Positions 28,914-38,935 of a DNA stretch of 64,000 nt are shown here, piece by piece. Origin of the DNA: an uncultured Gemmatimonadales bacterium (GTDB taxonomy: Bacteria > Gemmatimonadota > Gemmatimonadetes > Gemmatimonadales > Gemmatimonadaceae); assembly GCA_963701965.1 (NCBI GenBank), contig OY969695.1, positions 3,680,001 to 3,744,000 on the forward strand. Direction: 5' to 3'. Positions within the stretch are counted from its first letter, which is position 1; each line of letters begins with the position of its first letter. The notes under the pieces are model-generated. The model was not told the origin of the DNA. It saw only the letters and a list, made by a program, of their open reading frames with translations, and searched no databases. The position numbers and the translations under genes were made by a program.

Positions 28914-29257
28914 CCGGCCATCTCACTTTTTTCAGTACAGTCGCCCAAACGACGGTGATCGCGATAAGCTACCGCTAACGATCTGACGTGCGAAGCCGCT
29001 GCCCCTCTGCGTGAATGACGACATGAGGAGGGTCGGCGAGTCGTTCATTGCGGTCCGGACAGTTGGTGTTGCTCGCGGATCGCGCGCGTACCGATCTCCG
29101 CGTCGCCAGGATCGATCGCGTTCGGCTCGTCTGCGGCAACCGCGTCCCTCCTTCACGCGGGCCGCGGCCGTTACTGGTGCGAATAGAACTGGGCGCGCCG
29201 TGGCGACTAACGAAAATCCCAACCGGCTCGGCCAGCGCAAGGCCGGCCGGGACCGTG

Positions 29258-30772
29258 CTACTGGCGAATAAACGACGCCAGCGTGGCGCCCATCCCGTCG
29301 ATCGTCGACTTCGCGTTCCAACGGTCGTAGCCGTTGTAGATGAAGCTGAACGCGAGCACTTCGCCGTCCATCGCCGTGACGTATCCGCCCAGGGAGATCA
29401 CGTCGTTCGTCGTGCCGGTCTTGGCGTGCAGGTTGCCCTGCGCCGGCGTGTATCGCATGCGGTTCCGCAGCAGCTCGGACTCGCCGGCGACGGGCAGCGA
29501 CGCGTGGAGCGCCGGGCCCCACGGCGCCCGATGCGCGTAGGCCAGCAGGTCGACCATCGCCCGCGGGGTGATGCGGTCGAGGGTGGAGAGCCCGCTGCCG
29601 TCGGTGACGGTCACCGCGTCGCGAGGGGCATCGACCTTCTGGTTCAGGAAATCCCGCAGCATCGCGCCGCCCAGCTCGGCGGACCCGATCTCCGTCCGTG
29701 CCGGCCCGCGGACCGCATCGCGAAATAACAGTTCAGCGTAGCAATTGATACTCTCACGATTCATCGCCGCGACGATACGGGCCAATGGCGGGGAGGCGAG
29801 CGAGGCGACACCGACCGCGCCGGCCGTCGTCGGCGCCAGGCGCACGTGCCCGCCCACGATGACCCCCTGTGAGGCCAGGGCATCGCGCAGAGCGCCCGTG
29901 GCGAAAAGCGCCGGGTCCTCGATGACCAGTTCCACGGTCTTGGTGGAGGCGCGCTCGCCGATCCAACCCCGGGCCTCGACCCCGCCATCGACTCGCGCCC
30001 GCACCACGATCGACGACCCCCGGCTGTCGGCGACCGTCTTGACCGAGTTCGCCAAGGGAATCGCGCTGGATGACGGTTCGAGCCCCACGATGGCCGCCCG
30101 CCCGGGCTGTCCGGGCGACACCGCGACCCATGCCAGGTTGTCGTTCAGCGACAGCGCCGACACGCGGGGCGCATAGCCCGCGGTGAGCCACCGCGGCAAC
30201 CAGCCCAGCGGCACCCGCTGCGCCTCGAACGCCGTCGCGTCGCCGATCAGATCCCCGTCGACGTGCTTGATGCCGGCACTCTTCACATAGCGCGCGAGCA
30301 GTTGCATGGGCGCGTCCGGCTCGCCCCGCAGAAACCGGTTCGACAGCGACGGGTCCCCGTCGCCCCGCAGGATCAAGTTGCCGTGCAGCGTGCCCGCCGA
30401 GTCGAGCGGTCCGTCGCGCAGCACATCGGTGCTGAACTCGAACTCGGGGCCAAACCGCTCGAACGCCAACGCCGACGTGAAGAGCTTCATCGTCGACGCC
30501 GGCTGCAGGGCCAGGTCCGGGTTCACGGAGTACAGCGTGTCGCCCCGCGTCAGGGACACCACGATGACGCCCCAGCGCCCGCCGCGCGTGCGCCGCGTCA
30601 GCTGGCCCGCGAGGTCACCCGCCAGCGCCTCCGTGGTGCGGGGCGCGTCGTACCGCACCGCCGGCACCGCGGTCGAGACCGCGCGCCGGCGCCGATGCCG
30701 GGGACGGGCAGGGGGATTGAAGCCGACCGATGCGGCCAGCACAAGGGCGAACGTAGCGCGAAGTATGAGCAC
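29258..30772 (-). CDS. dacB: D-alanyl-D-alanine carboxypeptidase/endopeptidase (PBP4)
   Basis: PASTMKL, GDGDPSL, SIN, DGSGLS, AKTGT. Confidence 0.93.
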   Translation of the reverse strand: MLILRATFALVLAASVGFNPPARPRHRRRRAVSTAVPAVRYDAPRTTEALAGDLAGQLTRRTRGGRWGVIVVSLTRGDTLYSVNPDLALQPASTMKLFTSALAFERFGPEFEFSTDVLRDGPLDSAGTLHGNLILRGDGDPSLSNRFLRGEPDAPMQLLARYVKSAGIKHVDGDLIGDATAFEAQRVPLGWLPRWLTAGYAPRVSALSLNDNLAWVAVSPGQPGRAAIVGLEPSSSAIPLANSVKTVADSRGSSIVVRARVDGGVEARGWIGERASTKTVELVIEDPALFATGALRDALASQGVIVGGHVRLAPTTAGAVGVASLASPPLARIVAAMNRESINCYAELLFRDAVRGPARTEIGSAELGGAMLRDFLNQKVDAPRDAVTVTDGSGLSTLDRITPRAMVDLLAYAHRAPWGPALHASLPVAGESELLRNRMRYTPAQGNLHAKTGTTNDVISLGGYVTAMDGEVLAFSFIYNGYDRWNAKSTIDGMGATLASFIRQ

Positions 30773-30782
30773 GACCCGAGCT

Positions 30783-31997
30783 TCAGATTTTCAGAACGAT
30801 TTTGCGACGATACAGCACTGTGAGGACGCCCAGCCACAGGAGTACGAAACCCAGCGCGAAGGCCACCGAGGCGACCTTCGGACTGAGCCACGACGCCAAC
30901 ATCACATTATACACGGCAGTCTCGAGCGAGACAGACTTTCCGTCCATCTGGACCAGGACGACCGAGTAGATGAGCCGGGCCATCACTTCGGCCCCCACGA
31001 ACGCCACGATCGGGTTGACGCCGAACGGCAGGAACGGCCGCGTCCACCACCGGATCCCCACCACGTCGACCAACCAGATGCAGAGGCCAAGCGAAACGGC
31101 CGCCATCCCTCCGGTAAAGAGTACGTACGAGCTGGTCCACAGGTTTTTGTTGATTGGAAACCACCAATTCCCGATGAGCCCGGCCACCATCAAGAGCGCG
31201 CCCGCCGCGAACAGACCGTTGAGCCGCTCGGCGATGGGCCGCGGCGAGCCGATCCAGCGACCCGCGAGCACCCCGAGCAGCACCGTTCCCACCGCCGGAA
31301 GCGTCGTGAGGACCCCTTCGGGGTCCCACGTGACGCTCTGATTCCAGATGTGGTTTCCGTAGGGGCCCCAGTCCAACAGCGCCCGATCGACGCTCGCGGC
31401 CACGGTGGCTGCCGCGGGAGACAAAGGGCCCAGGGACATCACGAGCCAGTAGCCGACCAGGATCACGCACAGCGCGACGATCAGCGTGCGCGCACTCGCG
31501 CGCAGCGCGAGCAGCGCCCCCAGCAGGTACGCGATCCCAATGCGCTGGAGCACTCCCATGAATCGGACGTGGTACAACCGGTCGACGACGCGGGCACCAA
31601 ACGACGGGAAGTCCCCGGTCCACGTATAGAACGGGAACCAGTTGATCAGCAGTCCAAGCGCGAAGATGATACCCGCCCGCCGCACGATCTGTCGGACGAG
31701 CGCCGCGTCGTCCTGTCCCCGCGCCCGCCGCGCGGCGGCGGAAAGGGACGTCGTGATGCCGACGATGAACAGAAAGAACGGGAAAACGAGATCGGTGGGG
31801 GTCCAGCCGTTCCACGCCGCGTGCTGCAGCGGCGGATAGATGTGTCCCCAGCTGCCCGGATCATTGACCAACAGCATGCCCGCGACCGTGATGCCGCGGA
31901 ACACGTCGAGCGAGACCAGCCGCTCGCTAGCGGCCGGCGTCGGCGACGGGATGGACTGAGGCCGGACTATGCCATCCGGCGCTATCGCACTCGACAC
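30783..31997 (-). CDS. HGSNAT/NagX-like membrane acyltransferase
   Basis: [49 protein letters not shown]. Confidence 0.9.
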   Translation of the reverse strand: MSSAIAPDGIVRPQSIPSPTPAASERLVSLDVFRGITVAGMLLVNDPGSWGHIYPPLQHAAWNGWTPTDLVFPFFLFIVGITTSLSAAARRARGQDDAALVRQIVRRAGIIFALGLLINWFPFYTWTGDFPSFGARVVDRLYHVRFMGVLQRIGIAYLLGALLALRASARTLIVALCVILVGYWLVMSLGPLSPAAATVAASVDRALLDWGPYGNHIWNQSVTWDPEGVLTTLPAVGTVLLGVLAGRWIGSPRPIAERLNGLFAAGALLMVAGLIGNWWFPINKNLWTSSYVLFTGGMAAVSLGLCIWLVDVVGIRWWTRPFLPFGVNPIVAFVGAEVMARLIYSVVLVQMDGKSVSLETAVYNVMLASWLSPKVASVAFALGFVLLWLGVLTVLYRRKIVLKI

Positions 31998-32445
31998 GCA
32001 CGTCCCGTCGCGGCAGGGTTTGGGCGTCGGCTTTGCCGCCGACGTAGACGCCCGAGAGCTTCATCAGCCCGTGCGTGCCATCGACGCGCTGGAAGCCATG
32101 ATAGGCGATGAGCAGGGAGGCGTATTCGCCGATCGACGACAGTTTATTGCGGACGCTCTGTTGTTGGCCCCGATCAGTCGCCGGGTACATGTACGTGGGA
32201 CCCTTGTCGTTCAAGGCGTCGACCACGGGCTCGGGCGGCGTCGAATCGGTGCCGAAGATATAGAGAAACCGCTGCGGTGTCGGCGACGCGTCGGCGATGA
32301 ACTGCCGGACTGCGGCGTCCATGACTACGCTGTCGGTCGCGATCTGACATTGGTTGTGGGCGAACTGCTGCAGCGCGTCCTTGCGATTCGAGACACAGGC
32401 ACTGACGACGACTACGCTCGCCCACGCCAGCGCCGCGCGCCTCAT
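31927..32445 (-). CDS. Hypothetical lipoprotein
   Basis: MRRAALAWASVVVVSAC lipobox-like N-terminus; ATGA overlap with ctaG. The 71-nt overlap with the next gene makes the end uncertain. Confidence 0.6.
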   Translation of the reverse strand: MRRAALAWASVVVVSACVSNRKDALQQFAHNQCQIATDSVVMDAAVRQFIADASPTPQRFLYIFGTDSTPPEPVVDALNDKGPTYMYPATDRGQQQSVRNKLSSIGEYASLLIAYHGFQRVDGTHGLMKLSGVYVGGKADAQTLPRRDVRVECDSAGWHSPASVHPVADAGR

Positions 32446-33278
32446 GCGGACGGGCGCCAGCCGACTTGGGCCGCCGCGGCGTGATCCTCGCCGCGTTGCG
32501 CCCATTTGAAGAACACGATCGACATGATGGCGAGGTAGATGATGCTCCCCGGCACCCACATGATGAGCCCTCCCAACTGCTGGTCCTCCAGCGGCGATAG
32601 TCCCCAGATCCGCGGCGCGTTCTCGTACGCGGGATAGAGCACGTGATCGGCCAACGAGACATAGACGGCCACGATCGACATCGGGATACTCATGAGAAAG
32701 CAGTAGAGCATCTGCCCGGGGTAGGCGAGGCGTGGCAGCTCCGGCAAAGGGCTCAGGAACGGCCACCACATGAGGACCGCGGCGGCCATGAACATCAGAT
32801 GCTCGACAATGTGCACCGGATGCTCGGCCATCGCCAGATTGTAGAGGAGCGGGATGTGCCAGCCGGCCACCACGATGTTGAATATCGCGAAGCAGACGAC
32901 CGGGCGGGTGAGCCAATGGGCCACGGCGCCGACGCCCGGTACCCGCAGGGCGGGGCGCAGCATCCAGCCGGGCGTGCCGACGACCAGCAGCGGAGCGACC
33001 AGGAAGATCAGCGCCAGGTGCTGGATCATGTGGGCGCTGAAGAGATCGTAGTCCGAGAGGTCGTGCAGGGGCCCATTGAGGGCGAAGAACATGGCCAGCA
33101 GCCCGGCGGCGAACGACCAGACCTGCACGGGCGTCACGGGTTGCCGCTCGGCGCGCACCCGCCAGCCATACAGGCCGGCCAGGCCGGCGATACCCACCAC
33201 CGTGCTCCAGTGAATGGAAAAGCCGGCCGTGCCGGCCGGCCCGAGGGGGTGGAGCAGCAAGAACAGCCCGTGAGACAT
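32442..33278 (-). CDS. ctaG: Cytochrome c oxidase caa3 assembly factor
   Basis: FSAHMIQH, WHIP, EH, DQQLGGLIMWVPG. Confidence 0.9.
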   Translation of the reverse strand: MSHGLFLLLHPLGPAGTAGFSIHWSTVVGIAGLAGLYGWRVRAERQPVTPVQVWSFAAGLLAMFFALNGPLHDLSDYDLFSAHMIQHLALIFLVAPLLVVGTPGWMLRPALRVPGVGAVAHWLTRPVVCFAIFNIVVAGWHIPLLYNLAMAEHPVHIVEHLMFMAAAVLMWWPFLSPLPELPRLAYPGQMLYCFLMSIPMSIVAVYVSLADHVLYPAYENAPRIWGLSPLEDQQLGGLIMWVPGSIIYLAIMSIVFFKWAQRGEDHAAAAQVGWRPSA

Positions 33279-33637
33279 CAGGACGTGAGCAAACCCAGAT
33301 GAAGGGCGAACTTGCCGAACAGGAACATGAGCGCCGCCAACGTCGCCGTGGCCACCAGCAGCGGCCCCGTGAAGAGAGCGCGATACAGCTTGCTATCGTA
33401 CTTGAGGTGCATGTAGAACAATACCACGATGGCGAACTTGACGGCGGACAGCACCAGCAAGGTGGGCACGAACCACGGCGACGCGACGAACGACGGGATG
33501 TAGTAGCACACCACTTCCATCACCGTGATCGCCGTCAGGATGACGGCGACCTTCCAGTAGGTCGACCAGTCCGGGTGATGCTCTTCGTGCGCCCCGTGCG
33601 CCCCGGCTGCCGGTGCCGTGCTATGAACGTCGCTCAT
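33278..33637 (-). CDS. Cytochrome c oxidase subunit IV family
   Basis: Three TM, KFAIVVLFYMHLKYD motif; operon position. Confidence 0.88.
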   Translation of the reverse strand: MSDVHSTAPAAGAHGAHEEHHPDWSTYWKVAVILTAITVMEVVCYYIPSFVASPWFVPTLLVLSAVKFAIVVLFYMHLKYDSKLYRALFTGPLLVATATLAALMFLFGKFALHLGLLTS

Positions 33638-34296
33638 TTGATGAGATAGACGAGGGTGAAGATCGCGATCCAGACCACGTCGACGAAGTGCCAGTACAGC
33701 GCCGCGATGTCGACGTTGAGCGCGTCGTTCGGTCCGAGCCCGCGCTTGAAGTCGATCGACAGCAGGGTCAGCAGCCAGAGGACGCCGGCCGTGACGTGGG
33801 CGCCGTGGAATCCGGTCAGGGTGAAGAACGACGATCCGAACAGATTCGTCTTGATCGTCAGCCCCTCGTGCACGAACGATGTGAACTCGAATGCCTGGAA
33901 GCCAAGGAACGTGGCGCCGAGCAGCGCCGTCATGAACAGCCAAAGCTTCGAGTTGCCGAGGATTTTCTCACCGGTGGTGTGCTTCGGAACATCGCGGTTC
34001 TCGACGGCCGCCAGCGCCAGCACCATGGCCAGCGACGACATGAGCAGTACGAACGTCGAGCACGACGTCACCGGGATGTTCAGGATCGGGTTGAAGACGT
34101 GCTTCGTGCTCGGATCGACCCAGGCCTCGTGCGGGAACGGTCCGACGATCGACCGTCCCTTGTAGATCAGGTAGGTCGAGATCAGCGAAGCGAAGAGCAT
34201 GCATTCGGAACCGATGAACGCCCAGATGGCGATCTTTCGGTTCGGCAGTCCGGTCGTGGTGTACCCGTGACCGACTTCCGCGGCCGTCGCGCTCAT
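33634..34296 (-). CDS. ctaE: Cytochrome c oxidase subunit III
   Basis: WAFIGSECMLF, FFTLTGFHGAHV, YWHFVDVVW. Confidence 0.93.
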   Translation of the reverse strand: MSATAAEVGHGYTTTGLPNRKIAIWAFIGSECMLFASLISTYLIYKGRSIVGPFPHEAWVDPSTKHVFNPILNIPVTSCSTFVLLMSSLAMVLALAAVENRDVPKHTTGEKILGNSKLWLFMTALLGATFLGFQAFEFTSFVHEGLTIKTNLFGSSFFTLTGFHGAHVTAGVLWLLTLLSIDFKRGLGPNDALNVDIAALYWHFVDVVWIAIFTLVYLIK

Positions 34297-36152
34297 CAGT
34301 GCGTGTGCTCCGGTTCGAGTGGGGTGGTGAGCCACCAGTACAGGCTCCCGACGAGCAGCGCGGCGCCGCCGAACAGGAACACGAATTCCGGGATCTTGTT
34401 CTCCATGTGCGACAGGAGCAGACCCGTGAACATGATCGGGAGCGAAAGCGCGGCGAGCGCCGGCTTCACCGTGGGATAGGGCAACGGAATGCCCAACTCG
34501 GCCGCGGTGGGAATGACCGTCTGGTCTTCGACGGGCGTCTTCGCATCCCACAGCGGGTAGCGCGACGTCACGTGAGGAATGTGCGCGAAGTTGTACGGCG
34601 GCGGCGGCGACGGAATGGACCACTCGAGCGTGCCGGCGTGCCAGGGATTGCTACCGGCGGGTTTGCCCGACCGCGCGCTCCGCCAGATGTTGTACACCAG
34701 GACGAGCGTCGCCGGAATCAGGATCCAGGCGCCGATCGACGACAGGCGGTTGAACACGTCCCATCCCTGTCCGCCGGCGTAGGTGTAGATCCGCCGCGGC
34801 ATGCCGAGGAGACCCGAGTAGTGCATCGGGAAGAACGCCAAGTTCGACCCGATGAAATTGAGCCAGAAGTGCCACTTCCCGAGGCGCTCATCGAGCAGCC
34901 GGCCCGTGAACTTGGGGAAGTACATGTAGAGCCCGGCGAACAGCCCCATGAGCGAGCCGCCGAACAGCACGTAGTGGAAGTGCGCCACCACGAAATACGT
35001 GTCGGTCTGCTGCAGGTCGGCGGGCGGCGACGAGTGCATGACGCCCGAGATGCCGCCGATGGTGAACATGGCCACGAGCCCGATGCCGAACATCATGGAT
35101 GTCGTGAACCGGATCGATCCGCCCCACATGGTGAAGATCCAATTGAAGATCTTCACGCCCGTCGGGATGGCGATCAGCATCGTCATGATGCTGAAGAACG
35201 AATCGGCGATCGGTCCCATGCCCACCGCGAACATGTGGTGCGCCCACACACCGAAGCCGAGCATACCGATCAGGATGCCCGAGTAGACCATCACCGGGTA
35301 GCCGAACAACGGCTTCTGGGAGAACGTCGGCAGCGCCTCCGACACCAGCCCGAAGGCCGGGAGCACCAGGATGTAGACCTCCGGGTGGCCGAAGATCCAG
35401 AACAAATGCTGCCACAGCAGCGGGTCGGCGCCCGCCGCCGTCGTGTAGAAATTCGTGCCGAAGAAGCGATCGAACAGCAGGAACACGAGCGCGATCGTGA
35501 TCACGGGGAACGCCAGCACGATCAGGAACTGCACCACGAACGACATCCACGTGAACAAGGGCACCCGCATGAGGTTCATGCCGGGCGCGCGCATGTTGAT
35601 GATCGTCGTGATGAAGTTGAAGCCCGCGGCCAGCGACGAGATACCCAGGATCTGGAGGCCGATCACCCAGACGTCGATGTTCGGACCCGGCGAGTACGCC
35701 TTGGTGGTCAGCGGGGCGTAGCCGAACCATCCCCCGTTGGGAGCGGCGCCGAACAGGATCGGCACCGTAATGAAGATGCCGCCGAACAGGTACACCCAGT
35801 AGCTGAACGCGTTGAGTCGCGGAAACGCGACGTCGCGGGCGCCGATCTGCAGCGGGATCAGCAGATTGAAAAAGGCCGCGGACAGCGGCATGACCACGAG
35901 GAAGATCATGGTCGTGCCGTGCATCGTGAAGATCTGGTTGTAGAGCTCGGCCGACACGAAATGCTGATTCGGGCCGCTGAGCTGCGTCCGAATGATTTCG
36001 GCTTCGGTGCCGCCGATCAGCATGAACGTGAGCGCCGTGAACAGATACAGCGTGCCGATGCGCTTGTGGTCCGTCGTGGAGAGCCAGCTCCAGAAGCCCG
36101 AGGGCTCATCGGCGACTCGGGGTACGGCCAGCGGCGCGGCAAGCGTTGCCAT
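34296..36152 (-). CDS. ctaD: Cytochrome c oxidase subunit I (A1 type)
   Basis: DHKRIG, GHPEVY, WAHHM, VVAHFHY, GMPRR. Confidence 0.97.
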   Translation of the reverse strand: MATLAAPLAVPRVADEPSGFWSWLSTTDHKRIGTLYLFTALTFMLIGGTEAEIIRTQLSGPNQHFVSAELYNQIFTMHGTTMIFLVVMPLSAAFFNLLIPLQIGARDVAFPRLNAFSYWVYLFGGIFITVPILFGAAPNGGWFGYAPLTTKAYSPGPNIDVWVIGLQILGISSLAAGFNFITTIINMRAPGMNLMRVPLFTWMSFVVQFLIVLAFPVITIALVFLLFDRFFGTNFYTTAAGADPLLWQHLFWIFGHPEVYILVLPAFGLVSEALPTFSQKPLFGYPVMVYSGILIGMLGFGVWAHHMFAVGMGPIADSFFSIMTMLIAIPTGVKIFNWIFTMWGGSIRFTTSMMFGIGLVAMFTIGGISGVMHSSPPADLQQTDTYFVVAHFHYVLFGGSLMGLFAGLYMYFPKFTGRLLDERLGKWHFWLNFIGSNLAFFPMHYSGLLGMPRRIYTYAGGQGWDVFNRLSSIGAWILIPATLVLVYNIWRSARSGKPAGSNPWHAGTLEWSIPSPPPPYNFAHIPHVTSRYPLWDAKTPVEDQTVIPTAAELGIPLPYPTVKPALAALSLPIMFTGLLLSHMENKIPEFVFLFGGAALLVGSLYWWLTTPLEPEHTH

Positions 36153-36165
36153 GTCGGTCTCTCTC

Positions 36166-37410
36166 CTACTTGAGTTGCTGTAGATAGGCCACGATGTCGG
36201 CGATCTGCTGGTCCGTCAGCGTACCGGTCGGCGCCGGTTGGCCTGTCTGGGGATCCACTTCGCCCTTGCCGAAGACCATCATCGCGACACCGGGCTTCAT
36301 TTTGTGCGCGTCTTTGACCCAATAACTCAGGTGGTGCGCGTCGTTGGGAAAGAGCGCCGAGGCGATCGTGTGGCGCGACGCGACGTGCGTCAGATTCGGC
36401 CCCACCAACCCCACCGAGTTCGGATTGCCCTTGATCGTGTGGCATCCGATGCAGGCCGACGCGCTGTACGTCTTGAAGCCCACCGCCGGGTCGCCGGTGA
36501 TCCCGCTCGTGAACTGCTCATTCTCCGGGAGCGGCGTATCGGGAATGGCGTGGGCCGGCAGCTTGCTCGCCGGAAACACATAACTGGACTCGGGCGCGAC
36601 GTTGGCCACCGGTTGCACCCCGGGCGGCGGCGCCGCCGCGGCGGGGTACACCGCGGGTTGGGCCTGGTGCGCCGCCCAGCGCGCGAAATCCGCTGGCGGC
36701 ACGGTGTACACGCGGAACCGCATGTCGGCGTGACTGTCGCCGCAGTACTCGTTACAGGACCCGTTCCACTCCTGCTCGCCCAAGGTCGAGTCGGGCGTGA
36801 ACCACAGGTAGTTCGTATGGTTGGAAATGACGTCGCGCTTGCCGCCCAACTGCGGAATCCAGAAGCTGTGCAGCACGTCGGCCGACCGGAGCGCGAAGTT
36901 GACCTTCCGGCCGTTCGGCAGATACAGCTCGTTCGCGGTCACGATGTTGTACTGCGGATAGCGGAACTCCCACCACCACTGGTGGCCGTACACATCGACC
37001 TGCAGGGCGTCGCTCTCGGCTTTGGCCTGCGTGACGAAGATCGTCTTGACGGTCGGCACGGCGATGAAGACCAGAATGACGGCGGGGATCGCCGTCCACA
37101 GGATCTCCAGCGCGGTGTTGCCGTGCACGGGCTTCGGGGTCGGCGCACCCTCGCGGTGACGGAACTTGATGATGGTGTAGACGAGCAACGCCTCCACGAG
37201 AATGAAGACGGCGACGCCCAGCTTGAGAAGAATGTTCCAGATGCCGTCGATCGCGCGCCCGAACTCGGTATGCGGAGCGAAGGTCGTGTTCGGGTACTGG
37301 TCCACGGCGCACGCCGCGAGCACCACAGTGCAGGCGATCAGCGCAACTCTGCCGGCCAGCCGGCGCGCACGAAAAGGTTGTGGCATGAGATGGTGGAAGA
37401 GGTCGGGCAT
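36166..37410 (-). CDS. ctaC: Cytochrome c oxidase subunit II with fused cytochrome c (caa3 type)
   Basis: Lipobox LAAC, QWWWEF, DVLHSFW, CNEYCGDSHADM CuA site, CIGCH heme motif; start may be 37386. Confidence 0.93.
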   Translation of the reverse strand: MPDLFHHLMPQPFRARRLAGRVALIACTVVLAACAVDQYPNTTFAPHTEFGRAIDGIWNILLKLGVAVFILVEALLVYTIIKFRHREGAPTPKPVHGNTALEILWTAIPAVILVFIAVPTVKTIFVTQAKAESDALQVDVYGHQWWWEFRYPQYNIVTANELYLPNGRKVNFALRSADVLHSFWIPQLGGKRDVISNHTNYLWFTPDSTLGEQEWNGSCNEYCGDSHADMRFRVYTVPPADFARWAAHQAQPAVYPAAAAPPPGVQPVANVAPESSYVFPASKLPAHAIPDTPLPENEQFTSGITGDPAVGFKTYSASACIGCHTIKGNPNSVGLVGPNLTHVASRHTIASALFPNDAHHLSYWVKDAHKMKPGVAMMVFGKGEVDPQTGQPAPTGTLTDQQIADIVAYLQQLK

Positions 37411-37452
37411 AGGCAAAGACGCCAACAAATTAATCCGTCCCGCGTCCCGCTG

Positions 37453-37812
37453 TCACTCCTGGAGCGTATGCAAATCGGCGACTTTCGCGATGGCCAGCTC
37501 GAGTTGGGTGCGCACCTGCGCCACGCCTTCCCGCAACGTGCGCAGCCGCACCTTGTCGCTGCCCGTCCGTCCGGCGACGAGCAGGAGGCCAGCGACCTGA
37601 TCGGAGATCATGCCGAACTGTCCCTTGAGTGACGAGACCAATGGCGTGCCGGCCCGTCGGATCTGGGCTCCGTACATGGCGGCGTTTTGATTGCCCTTGA
37701 CGGCGATCGCCATTTGTTCGACAAGCCCATGTACGCGCTGTAGTTGAGTCTGCGCGGCTTCCAGTGTTTTCATCTTCTCGATGCCGGCGCCATCGAGTTT
37801 GGACCCGGCCAT
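37453..37812 (-). CDS. Hypothetical helical-bundle protein
   Basis: Clean ORF coupled by TGATG to the upstream gene. Confidence 0.7.
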   Translation of the reverse strand: MAGSKLDGAGIEKMKTLEAAQTQLQRVHGLVEQMAIAVKGNQNAAMYGAQIRRAGTPLVSSLKGQFGMISDQVAGLLLVAGRTGSDKVRLRTLREGVAQVRTQLELAIAKVADLHTLQE

Positions 37813-38906
37813 CAGCGCACCCGCTCCAGGCGGGGATTGGGCCGCGCTTCGCTGCCCGCGCGCATGCGGAGCGGGCCGTCGAGGCTCACGAGCGCGGTCG
37901 TGAACCCGGTGCGCCCGGCCAGCAACGCGGCACCGATGCCGTACGCATCCACAGGGACGCCTTCTTCCTCGAACGCGCGAATCTTCTCCACCGTGAACCC
38001 GCTGGAGGCGAGGATCTTGATGTCGCCGAGCCCCTCGGCGTCGAGGGCATTCCGCACGTTCCAGACGAGCTGCGGGTTGACGCCGGTCGGCGCGAACGTT
38101 CCCATGGCAGGATAGATCGAGGCGTCGACGAGATTCTCCGATGTGGCTAATTGAATGCCCCAGAGGCGCCCGGCGCTACTCCCCCCGCCACTGCCCGCCT
38201 CCAGCGCGTGCGCGACGTCGAGCGCCGTGCGAACGGAGTCGTTCTCGTAATCGACGGGGACTATGATCTGAATGGCGGCGTCGAGCGCCGCGGCGAATTT
38301 TCGCGCGGCGAGCGGCGTGTCGCCGCCGAACGCGGCAATGAACGCGTGCGACACGAGAGCCAACGCCGGCATCCCCCGCGGCACCGGCGTGGGGGGATCG
38401 GCCGATATCGTGAGCGCGCCGCCGATCTGGGCCGCGAGTACGTCCCCGGATTGCGTGAGCCAGTGGTCGTGGCGCGCCGGAAATGCCATGATCGGCTTGG
38501 GGCGGGCCGCATCCACGAACGCCCGCGCGTTGGTGGTGACGCGCGTCCGCCGCGCCACGGTGCCGAGGATGAGGGGCTCGAGATGCGCGAAGCGGTCGTA
38601 CGGCCCTTCGATGGTCATCACGGTCTCGCCGGCCTCGGCGCGATCGCCGTCGTAGAGCGACATCACGACGAGCGACGACCAATCGTCGGTGCACAGCTTG
38701 AGGAGCGCGATGACCTCGTCCGTGCCGCCCAGGATGCTGGTGCGCTCGGCCGTCACCTGCACGCAGACGCGCGGACTCAGTCCCTCGGCGAGCAAGACTT
38801 CGCGCACGCGAGCCGCCGACCGGTCGGTCGAGGCCCCAAGTCGCAACCGTTCAACGGGGAGATTGAACGATGCCGGTTCGAGGCGCTTCCGTCGTCGTGG
38901 CGGCAT
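37812..38906 (-). CDS. Nicotinate/quinolinate phosphoribosyltransferase-like protein (divergent)
   Basis: ETVMTIEGPY, FPARHDHW, VDYENDS, VRNALDAEG..DIKILASSGF, VDAYGIG. Confidence 0.8.
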   Translation of the reverse strand: MPPRRRKRLEPASFNLPVERLRLGASTDRSAARVREVLLAEGLSPRVCVQVTAERTSILGGTDEVIALLKLCTDDWSSLVVMSLYDGDRAEAGETVMTIEGPYDRFAHLEPLILGTVARRTRVTTNARAFVDAARPKPIMAFPARHDHWLTQSGDVLAAQIGGALTISADPPTPVPRGMPALALVSHAFIAAFGGDTPLAARKFAAALDAAIQIIVPVDYENDSVRTALDVAHALEAGSGGGSSAGRLWGIQLATSENLVDASIYPAMGTFAPTGVNPQLVWNVRNALDAEGLGDIKILASSGFTVEKIRAFEEEGVPVDAYGIGAALLAGRTGFTTALVSLDGPLRMRAGSEARPNPRLERVR

Positions 38907-38935
38907 TCGTGGTGGGAAAGGTAACTTTCGTGACA

